From positions 105,214,001 to 105,278,000 of the forward strand of contig OX597815.1 of the NCBI GenBank assembly GCA_951406725.2: a DNA stretch of 64,000 nt, in the 5' to 3' direction. This stretch comes from Octopus vulgaris. Taxonomy: Eukaryota. Below are positions 53,567-64,000 of the stretch, piece by piece. A program made the position numbers and the translations under genes. The notes under the pieces are model-generated. The model searched no databases. It was not told the DNA's origin and was given only the letters and a program-made list of their open reading frames with translations. Position 1 is the first letter of the stretch, and each line of letters opens with the position of its first letter.

Positions 53567-53576
<10 letters not shown>
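52614..53576 (+). mobile_element. Non-coding element with about 180-bp direct repeats (52614-52795 and 53395-53576; period about 781 bp) carrying a permuted hammerhead
   Basis: Repeat ctatttgtgg..cctgtactcat...cgcgtcgtttcgtttcttttc..caagtaagtttt occurs twice. The internal region is pyrimidine-rich with no meaningful ORF. Confidence 0.8.
53230..53291 (+). ncRNA. Non-circularly permuted (pseudoknotted) hammerhead ribozyme candidate
   Basis: CGUG-UU^CUGUCCUU-ac-CUUC-GAAA-CACG-14 nt-AGGGACAG-CUGAUGA-A-GGGG. Stem III is 5 bp, stem I 8 bp and stem II 4 bp, and the full conserved core is present. Confidence 0.75.
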
Positions 53577-53615
<39 letters not shown>

Positions 53616-53687
53616 TATATTATATTATATTATATTATATTATATTATATTATATTATATTATATTATATTATATATTTGTAAATTA

Positions 53688-54119
53688 GCCAACTAAGTGT
53701 GGCGTCCTATATAGGACATTGTTACTGATGTATATAGCCCTAGGAAGATATTTCCTCCAGCTGGCTAAGGACACACATTCTGTGACTGATTAGTATTTGC
53801 GTTGGGAGGTCATCGCTCCCATATCTAGCCTTACGTGATATACACGGACTCCAGTTTCTGGGAGGTTACCCGTCCTCAGCGTGTGTTAATCCCCAGCTAG
53901 TGATGGAAGCTCATTCTACTCGCAAATTACTATATATTTTTCTACCGACTCACTGTCGCTGATCTCGTAGAAGAGAGAAAATGTTATATTAAATCTCTGG
54001 ACGAGATATAAGCAGTAGCAGTACGGAACCGTAACATATATTTGCCACCTAAGTGTGACGTCCTATATAGGACAGCGCTACTGATGCTTATAGCCCGAGG
54101 AAGACATCTCCTCCAGCTG
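53688..54119 (+). repeat. Two diverged copies (53688-53764 and 54043-54119) of a roughly 77-bp structured repeat
   Basis: gcca.ctaagtgtg.cgtcctatataggaca..g.tactgatg..tatagccc.aggaaga.at.tcctccagctg occurs twice. Confidence 0.8.
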
Positions 54120-54578
54120 CCTTCGGAAAGAGTCAGAAGTGAATATCGGAGGATTTCTAAGACTTCACCAACCCCAATTTCTGATCTCCTAATTCCCCCG
54201 ATTATCGTTCCATGGATGTGTGGGGTGCGCAATTAAAAAAGATATCAAGGCCGAGCAGCTGACCAAGGTCAAGATGCTCGAAGTTGTTCTCAGTGGTATA
54301 TTTAGGAACATATACGCCAGGTTCCGGGACCGTCTCAGTTGGTGGCAACTGATATCAATAATACGAGTAAACTTTTATCCCCCAGATATATCTAGTATTT
54401 GATATTGTTTTGATTTTGTACAATACTTTTATTTATGGATCGGATATTTTGTTTCTTTTCCATATATGCAATCTAGAATTTAACCTGAACACCCTTTATG
54501 TATGTATGTATGTATGTATGTATGTATGTATGTATGTATGTATGTGTGTATGTATGTATGTATGTATGTTTGTATGTA

Positions 54579-55367
54579 CGAGGTCTGATCAATAAGTATC
54601 CGATCTATTGCCATAGTAACGAAGTTAAAAGATGCAAAGTGAAGACGGTTGGCAAATATTGACCTTGTACTCTGCTGTGCTTGCTCACTAAGTTTTAACA
54701 TTCTAGCTTACTTCTACTGTTTACAGCAGTACTAGGAAAGAAGGTGTGTAGCGTGTAATTGTCGCATTGACCATGAGGAAGTTGTCATGGGGATACCTAC
54801 ATAGAGGCCTACGCAAAATTGGAGAAAGTGTATGGAGAAAAATGTACGAGGCGCACATAAATGTACGAATAGTTCAGACGTTTCCAAGATGGCCGAAAAA
54901 GTGTCGATATTCACGACCTTCTGGGAGACCTGCGACCAGCATGACTGAGGAAAACATCGCAGATGTGTGTACAGCTGTGAGGGAAAATCGTCGAATCAGC
55001 ATCCATGAGTTATCAGAGAATGTTCAGATTAGTTACGGCTTACTTCAGTTCATTATCACTGAAGATTTACGAAAACTCGGTTTCAGTTGCATAAGATCTA
55101 TTTGAAAACATTGCGTAGGCCTCTGAGCGTGTATAGCCAAACTTTTGGCAAAATTTGATGCAGATTCTCTGCAACTTTCTGTCATTGTCAATGCGACGAT
55201 CAGACGCTACACACCTTCGTTTTAGCACTCCTGTAAACAACGGAAGTGAGCTAGAATGCTAAAACTTAGCGCACATATACAACAGAGTTTAAGGTGAATC
55301 TATGCCAAGCAGTTTTATTTTGCATGCATTAGCTTCGTTAATATGGCAACAGATCGGATACTTATTG
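54579..55367 (+). mobile_element. Internally deleted mariner element with long (about 190 bp) TIRs
   Basis: TA|CGAGGTCTGATCAATAAGTATCCGATC at the left and GATCGGATACTTATTG at the right. Transposase N-terminal remnant SGRPATSMTEENIADVCTAVRENRRISIHELSENVQISYG. Confidence 0.88.
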
Positions 55368-55490
55368 TAGGTACATACATACATACATACATATACATAC
55401 ATATCTATACAAACACACACACACATATATATATACATACATATATATATACATGCCACACACACACACATATATATGTATGTATGTATG

Positions 55491-55535
<45 letters not shown>

Positions 55536-55911
55536 TGCGAAACTGAGTTTGGGTGATAACTGATCAAGAATTAGAGACCTTCTGTGTCTGTCTCGCTTCT
55601 GGTTGTACACTCAGTATACGTATACGTCTTTATCTGTCGTTGATTATTTACAATACATTTTTCATTTATTATATATATGTATATATATATTTAGGGTTCA
55701 GTTAACTGGACCCTAATTATAATTATGTGAATAATTTTACCTATAAAGGTTATTTTAACGTACCGATCTACTTGGTAAAATTGTTAATTAATTAATTAAT
55801 TAATTAATTGATTTAATTAATTAATTGATTTAATTGATCAATTTTACCCTTCTATTATTAATATATATATATATATATATATATGGAGGGAGAGAGAAAA
55901 AGAGAGAGAAT

Positions 55912-56034
<123 letters not shown>

Positions 56035-56249
56035 GAATATATGTATGTATGCATGTATATACATATGCATGTATGTCATTATTCATTTTATTTCAAGATG
56101 TCTTGCCAGTAGTACGAGAGACCGGTTTCTAGCCTAAATCCAAGGTTCATTCATTGGAATTTCAACATCAACAACAGTGTATTTTTATATGTATGTGTGC
56201 ATATATGTATGCATATATGCATGTATGTATGTATGCATGTATGTATACA

Positions 56250-59200
56250 TATGCAGAGAATGGCATTGGACATTTTGGAGATGTTTAGTTTGTGCTAGCT
56301 ATCATGGAGCTCCCACATCCTTGAGCTTGCGACTCATGTTGTCACCAGACACCTTGCTCCGGTTTGTCTCTGGATAATGTCAAAGTGGAGAGGGTCTATG
56401 AGGTGTCATGCAAGCCTTATTGAACCTAAAACTCTGCACAGGTATTGCTGACCATTGTTCGGTATGTGCTGCTTTTTTCCTTATATATATGTTCATTTTA
56501 TTTTCAATATATATGTATCATTTTTAGTATATATTTATATATTTATATTTATTTGTTTTAGTATATTTTTATTTTATTCGGAAGTCCGGTGGCGATGGGT
56601 TGGAAGCGTGTAGTCAGCGACCTGCACGTAGGCGGTCCATGCTAAATATAAGTCGTCTTCTTGTCCCCTAGGACAGCGGTAGGATTCGGTTGCTGCATGG
56701 GTGCTCATCCGGAGGCCGGGGAGGTTCTCGAAAAGGTAAACCAAAAATTGCCTGTCTTTCTATATCTGGTCAGTTTAGCACGCCTGGCGGATGTCCATCC
56801 TGCGCTCGAAAAACAAAGACACTTTTATTTACAAAATCTGGATGGAACTTGAACATTTCATGTTGGAATGTGCGCACTCTGTTGGATAACAATAGTGACT
56901 GTAGGCCTGAAAGGGTCACTGCACTTTGCTCACGTGCTTAACCGTTATAACATTGATATAGGTGCACTTTCAGATACTCGTATAGGGGGTGATGGTCAGC
57001 TTTCGGAAGGCTAGGCAGAAAGAGGAGCGCAGAGAGGCTGGTGTTGGCTTTGCAGTTCGATCTGATACACTAAAGAAGTTGGAGGAGCTTCCTGTTCCTA
57101 TAAATGAACGTCGGGCGTTTTGCTACTCTAATGAGTGCTCATGCACCTACGTTGTGTTGAAGATAAAACTATTTTTTATATCCAGCTGAGAGCTATACTT
57201 AGGAAAATCCGCAATTTTGATAAAGTCATTCTACTGGGGTATTTCAATGACAGGATTGGAACAGACTGGCTAACATGGGACTCTCTAGGACGTTTTGGTG
57301 TAGGGAAAATGAATAGCAATTGTCTCATGCTGCTGGAGCTTTGCGATGAACATAGGTTTTACATCGCAAGCACTAATTTTATGCACAAAGGTGATCATAC
57401 AACAACGTGGATGCATTCAAGGTCTAAAGTTTGGCACTTGCTGGATAATGTCATCATCTGCAAGTGTGACATCTATGACTTTTGTTATGTTAAGTCCTTT
57501 CATTGATCGAAATGCTGGACAGACCACAATCTGGTGCGTGCAAAGTTCCGATGATGATTCGAGGGAAAGAGAGAAGAGGTCCAATCGCCATTCCTCGGTA
57601 TCTGAATATCCACAATTTATATGTTGTTGTGTTGAGGAAAGAGCTTCAGACTCACTTGTCCAGCATTGAAAGTACTCCAGTATGGGAAGATTTTCGAGAC
57701 CGGGTTCTTCGATATTCTGCTGAAACACTGTTATATACTACTGCCAGACACAGAGACTGGTTTGATGAAAATGATACTGAAGTTCAGCGAATATTGGCTG
57801 TAAAGCGCCATGCCCACAATGTATTGCTGAAAAGAGGACTTTCATCTGTGCAGCGAAATTTAGCACTTGTCCACTATAGCAGTGTAAAATCACTACTGCA
57901 GCTATCTCTCAGGAAGATGCAGAAAACTTAGTGGGAGGATCTTGCTCGTGATGTTCAGGTTGCTGCTGATGCAAATGACAGCAAGAAGATTTACCATCAT
58001 ATGAAGTAAATTTATGGGCCTAAGTGCTCCACATCAGCTCCTTTGCTTTCCAAGGAGACTTCTCTATTTACTAAATCAACAGAAATCACAGGTCGCTGGA
58101 TTGAACACGTCTATGAAATCCAAAACCATGAGTCAATTCTGGATGAAACAGTGATTGATACTATGCAAGAAAGACCTATCATTGGCTCCTTAAATTCCAT
58201 GCCCTAAATAGATGAGGTAATGACAACAATACGTAAATTGAATCTTCGTAGGGCATCTGGAAAGGATGGAATTTGTGCTGAGGCCTTGCGATTTGGTCGT
58301 GATTACATCATACAGGCCCTTCATGAACTTATTAGTGCAGTCTGGAGGGAGAGTGCAATGCTTAATGATTGGATGGATGCAATTCTCCTTCCTCTCTATA
58401 AAGAAAGAGGAGCCAGAACAATGTGTGGTAATTACAGAGATATTGCTCTACTATCAGCTGCTGGCAAAGTTCTGGCAAAAACTCTTCTTACCCACCTGAA
58501 TGGGTGTCTCATAAACGATGTCCTATCTGAATCTCAATGTGGCTTCCGATCTGGTAGGGGGACAATAGATATGATTTTCAGAGCAAGACAGATGCAGGAG
58601 AAATGCTATGAGCAGAATATGGATCTTGTTCAGGTATTCATTGATACTGTAAATAGGGTCTTGCTATGGAAGATATTTGGCAAATTTGGATGCCCGGATC
58701 ACTTTGTATCTATAATTAAATCATTTTATGATGGGATGGAGAATTGGGTCAACGTTGGTGGTGGCTTACCGGCACCCATACCTGTGGAAAATGGTGTCAA
58801 GGAAGGGGACATCCTTGCCCCAACTCTCTTTTCTTTGTACTTTGCTGCTGCTTTTACTCATGCTTTTGTTAAGGTTACCTCTCTGGGAATATATGTCAGT
58901 TATCGATCTTCTCGTCACCTCTTTAATCTGCGCCGATTTGCTGCCAATTCAAAAGTTTTCCAGTCTCTTATTCCTGTCCTCCTTTATACAGTGGATGGCA
59001 TTCAAATACTTATGGACCGTATTTCTGCTTCTTGCAAGGCATTTGGGCTCAGAATTAGCCTAGACAAGACTGCTGTAATGTTCTAGCCTGCACCATAAAA
59101 TCCATATGTGGAACCAGCTACCGTGGTTGAAGGAGCAATTCGGTAAGTGGTAGACAAGTTTATCTACCTGGGCAGCACAGTCAGCCGTTCTTGTTCCCTG

Positions 59201-59945
59201 GATGATGAAATATCGTTCAGGTAGCAGATAGCAACTGATTCCTTCAGGTCTCTTCAGTCTCGTGTCTGGTTCCAGCATGTCATCACAAAGCAAACAAAAA
59301 TTGCTGTGTACCGTGCATATGTACTGACATCGCACCTTTACTCATGTGAGACATGATCCTTTACAAACGTCATGTAAGGGTCCTTGAACGCTTTCATCAG
59401 AGATGTCTCAGACACATTCTGAATCTTGGCTGGACCTTAAAAACTCCAGACACACGGTTCCTGAAGACAGTTGATATTTTGAGTATTGAAGCGATGAGGC
59501 ACAAGCACCGGTTACGTTGGACTGGACACATTAGTAGAATAAAGGATAGCAGGATCCCTAAGCAGATGTTATATGAGGAACTTGTGGATGAAAAGAGTCC
59601 CCGGCTGAAACCAAGGCTGCGATTTAAGGACTGAGTAAAGTCCTCATTAAAGACCTGTGATACACAGAAGATTGACTGGGAGGGCAATGCCTGTCGTCGT
59701 CACAGATCGAGGAAGCAGGTTAAGGAGGGGGGTCGACATTTTTGAGAGAGCACGTATTCTACATGAAGAACTTAAGCGTGCTGCTCGAACGCGCACTGCT
59801 GGTGTAATGAATGGGGAAAGCTTTGTTTGCAACGTTTTCAGTCGTATATGCTTGTCAAGAGCAGGCCTCATTAACCACCAACGGAGCCGTAAATGCAAAA
59901 TATAAGTTAGTCCCAGAGCGCACAATGTTCCTAAAGGTCATCATA
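56250..59945 (+). mobile_element. RTE-clade (BovB-like) LINE, near full length, decayed
   Basis: APE motifs LNISCWNVRTLLD, ILLGYFNDRIG and TTWMHSRSKVWHLLD. RT motifs NYRDIALLS, ESQCGFRSGRGTIDMIF and GVKEGDILAPTLF. C-terminal RLRWTGHISR and FVCNVFSRICLSRAGLINHQRS. Many stops and frameshifts; ends in (TATG)n. The 5' boundary is approximate. Confidence 0.93.
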
Positions 59946-59949
59946 TCAT

Positions 59950-59983
<34 letters not shown>

Positions 59984-60168
59984 TGTATGTATGTATGTAT
60001 GTATGTATGCATGTATGTATGTATGTATTTATGTATGTATGCATGTTTTACGTATATATGTATGCATGTATGTATGTATGTATTATGTATGTGCTGATTT
60101 GTATGTTTTATGTATGTATTCTTATACATATAGTTTCATATCTAGACATGCACATATATATTTATGTG

Positions 60169-60499
60169 ATAAACTTCTGGAAAGTTTTACAGATTTTCAC
60201 AGTTCTAGTGATGTATTGAATCTTGTAGTCTTCGAATTAGCTTACTCCTTTCTGGTTTTGAGAAACCTAATTTCTCAAGATTAGTATTTAGGCAGTGTGT
60301 TACATATCCCAAGACTCCAATAATTACAGGTATAAACATGGACTTGTAATCTGGATAGAGTAACTGCAGATTTCTTAATAGTTCAGCATAGAGGTTCTCT
60401 TTTTCACTGTCTTCAGCTTTATGTTAACATCCGCTTGGCAACTAATTTCCACAACTGTGCAGTTTCTCTTCTCTGTCACAAATCAATATATCAGGTCTG
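60169..60499 (-). mobile_element. 3' end of an R4/NeSL-type RLE element, copy 2
   Basis: Homologous to 17629-17943 and truncated at the same RPD motif. Confidence 0.8.
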
Positions 60500-60632
60500 T
60501 GTATGTATGTATGTATGCATACCGTTGTTCAGTTATATTTCATTTTTTTTGCCAATAGACAGAGCCGGGCTCCTACCTAGATCCAAGGCTCCTTCATTGG
60601 ATTTTCAACATCAACAACAGGGTATTTTTGTT

Positions 60633-60664
<32 letters not shown>

Positions 60665-62835
60665 TGTATGTATGTATGTATGTATGTATGTATGTATATG
60701 TATGGTTGAATTGAAAACAAAGTAGTTCTGAAAGATCGAGGGGCAAATGTATTCCTCCGTCTACACGTCATATATTAAACCAAGAAACATGCCCAACAGC
60801 CATCTCTAAGAAATATCTCGTGTCTGTAAATGATGACGGGTGACGTAAATCTGCAAATCTTGTAACATTCCCGTACAATCGGCCGTTTTCCCTGCTTTCT
60901 TAGATATGCTTTTTCAGATCTCGATCCTTTAAATTATGCCAGTGAATTAAGCATAAACTGCAAATAGTCTGTGTGGAACCTGTGAATTTAATGTCCAAAT
61001 GGTACCAAAACTTGTTGGATGTCTTCCATCCTTCTGCGGTCATTATAGTAATTACCGGTCCAGCAATGATGTCAATTAAATCAATCCCTTCCCAACACCA
61101 AAATTGTCCAAATTAGAAAATTTTATTAGTATGTTGATGATGGTTAGAGTTGGATACTGACTAGATTTTGATACATTCTATTATACACCTTTATCTTTTA
61201 AATTTAAAATCCAACAAAGTTTGTTTTCGTTTTCCTCTCTATAGGGCTCATAAAATTCCAAAAACCTTGGTCGAATAAATAGACTAACTTTTTCCCACGA
61301 AAATAATTATACCCTCGTGCTAATAGGAAAAAGAAAATCATTACTATGATTATTGTTATATCTATAAATACCATCGCTGCCATTGTCGCATGCTGATATA
61401 TACCTTTCCCGAAATAGTTTAATTCAATCAATCGAACCTGTCGTCTTGTTTTGATGTCATGAAACAAAAAAGAATATAAGCATGTTGAAATCATTTAGAA
61501 GTGACATTATCAAACGTATGTCTCTAATGCATGCAACAAACTTTTTTCACTGGATATGCTGATGTGTACTTATTGTTTTCTATTCTTTATACTTTATACC
61601 TTTATTAGATCAAATGTTTACTTCTGAAAGTTCGAATGTAGAAAACCATTTCCGCTGCTCTGAAAGTTAGGATATGAACGAGATAGCCAAGACATTGATG
61701 TTGATAATGTAGGTTAATTTTTGTGTAACTACTTTTCTCAACGTTTAAATGATAGCCTCTGATTTATCTCCTGACATTCAACACCCTCTACAGCAAATGT
61801 TAATGGAATTTCCTTTAACATAAATCGTAGAAACAGTTCTGTTTAATAGTAAATTTCAAAGAAGTATTGAATATGAAGCAAATTACTGAATTTTTCCTTT
61901 TCTACATTTTTTATACTAGATTTCAAATACAATCATCGACGTCTTCCCCTTTCATTCAACCAGGATTAAATTTGATGCTCATCACGCTGAGTAAAAAAAT
62001 GAGAACCAGCAACTGTATTGTGTGCGAGACGTTGGTTAAATTTCTCTCCTATAAATGCTACTCTCAGCCCATTTCCTAAAATAGCGACCTATCTGATGCC
62101 ATTAGCCAATCGCTTTTTCTTCTATTTCAAATGTGATAGAATAGTGTACATTACTCACTCTATATCTTCTCTTTCTTGCTTTCTCAGTAACCTGAATACA
62201 GCTTCTGTAGAGCCAAACCACCCACAGATATGCTTCCGTGCAGCACACACCTCTGATCTACGACCCTTTCAAAACTTCGGCGTAAAATTCCTAGCTAAAT
62301 TCTTATTTATAAAGAAGAGAAGGCTCCGCTGTCTCCCATTAATTGATAGAATGTTTCTAGTTACCGAAATTTTTCCATCTTCATGATCAAATTATTTCTG
62401 TCTTTGAAATCAACTAAGTGTCACTTTTATCGACATATGCGCAAGTGTAGTTGTATGGTATGAAGTTTGCTTTCCAACCACATGATCCTGGGTTCAGTCC
62501 CATTGCATGACACCTTGGCCAAGTGTCCTCTACTATTCTACTCTAGCCGCATTGTGAGTGAATTATATACTGTTTATTATCATATATCATTTATTTATTA
62601 TTTCGTACTTAATTTAGTTGTAGGTAAATTTTTTATCGTATCTTAAATTTTTTCGATATGGTATGATTTAAGAATATCTTTGTTGAATTGATACATGGTG
62701 GTTCTTCTCTACTTTACATATATTTAAAGGCTATCAGATGTTGCTACACATCGCTGGTCACAATGCGCTTCGCATTGTTTTAGCCTTCAAATGACGCCAC
62801 CCCGCTTGCTAAGCGAGCAGGCCAATATATATATA

Positions 62836-63221
62836 CTCTTACTCTCTTTTACTCTTTTACTTGTTTCAGTTATTTGACTGTGGCCATGATGGAGCACCGC
62901 CTTTCGTCGAGCAAATCGACCCCAGGACTTATTCGTTGTAAGCTAAGTTACGGGGACCTAAACACACCAGCATCGTTTGTCACACACACAGACACACAAA
63001 CATATACACACACTCACATATATATATATATATATACACATATATACGACATATATACGACAGGCTTCTTTCAGTTTCCGTCTACCAAATCCACTCAGAA
63101 GGCTTTGGTCGGCCCAAGGCTATAGTAGAAGACACTTGCCCAAGATGCCACGCAGTGGGACTGAAGCCGGAACCATGTGGTTGGTGAGCAAGCTACTTAC
63201 CACACAGCCACTCCTACGCCT
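62836..63221 (-). mobile_element. tRNA-derived SINE, family B, full length
   Basis: Minus strand ggcgtaggagtggctgtgtggtaagtagcttgc...aaacaagtaaaagagtaa. Fragments also at 62440-62560, 32505-32585, 52538-52612 and 17583-17617. Confidence 0.92.
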
Positions 63222-63305
63222 ATATATATATATATATATATATACACATGTAGATGTAGGTACGTACATATATGTTTGTATGTATGCATATATTTTTATT
63301 TATCA

Positions 63306-63354
<49 letters not shown>

Positions 63355-63640
63355 GTTTATTTCATTATATGTTTATTTCATTTATTGTTTGCAATGTTCT
63401 CTCTCCCCCTCTCTCTTTCACAAACACACACACACATACACACATAGCAAAGCTAACAGATGGGCTGCTGATTTGAAATTTCTATTTGGCTTTGAGGGGA
63501 AGGTAAAATTTGACAAACGGCTGTTCTCTTTGTTGTTGGACTACCGCGATGTTTGTTTAAAAAAGAGAGATTATGACTAATAAAATAATGAAAGCAATAT
63601 TTACTAAGCGAGTGAGCACTCTTATACGAAGAAATATACG

Positions 63641-63667
63641 AAGACCGGAGGGCGGTCTTTCTGCTAG
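63641..63667 (+). mobile_element. Helitron-like 3' terminus
   Basis: Hairpin aagaccg-gaggg-cggtctt followed by tctg-CTAG|T. Confidence 0.5.
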
Positions 63668-63673
63668 TATATA

Positions 63674-63708
<35 letters not shown>

Positions 63709-63798
63709 GAGGAAAGTTCACGAAAAAACAAAAGACGAAGACAGGTGGTGTACAAAACAAACAGATGTATTAGTATAAGGCTCAGGAATTGAAAAAGT

Positions 63799-63834
63799 CT
63801 TTTACGTTTCGAGCCTACGCTCTTCTACAGAAAG
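63799..63834 (-). ncRNA. Minimal type I hammerhead, core variant CUGUAGA, within pLTR-like island 63706-63896
   Basis: CUUU-CUGUAGA-A-GAGC-GUAG-GCUC-GAAA-CG-UA^AAAG. Confidence 0.72.
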
Positions 63835-64000
63835 GGACACAGAAAAAAAAACAAGGAGAGAAAAAATGTGTGTAGTGGCTACCCATCTATCATGGTATAT
63901 GTATGTATGTATATGTATGTGTGTGTGTGCGTATATGGATACAATTAAAACTTAAACTGAAAACCCAATTCACAAAAAAAAAAATCCAATTATGGAGGCT

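Noticed and set aside
60720-60980. Minus-strand exon after a cacAG acceptor (a similar case lies at about 20188)
   Set aside because: All frames contain stops and no domain is recognisable, so it cannot be distinguished from background.

Overview
AT-rich, microsatellite-dense animal genomic DNA. The SINE families, Penelope-like elements and (TA)n/(TATG)n load point to an octopus or other coleoid cephalopod; this is inference. No intact host protein-coding gene is supportable, and nearly all ORFs in the track are microsatellite artefacts or retroelement remnants. The window is mostly decayed transposons: a CR1-type LINE, a near full-length decayed RTE LINE, two tandem Tx1/L1-like 5'UTR+ORF1 (zinc-knuckle) copies, two R4/NeSL-type RLE tails, several Penelope-like (GIY-YIG) remnants, mariner/Tc1, Chapaev, hAT-MITE and Helitron pieces, and at least four tRNA-SINE families. 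The main signal lies at the RNA level: more than 10 intact, partial or decayed hammerhead ribozyme motifs. One, at 53230-53291, has its three strands in reversed, non-circularly permuted (pseudoknotted) order inside a non-coding unit bounded by direct repeats. A truncated relative sits at about 25611-25655 and a weaker candidate at about 55534-55640. Several long foldback palindromes are associated with these ribozyme-bearing elements. All alignments and folds were done by eye.
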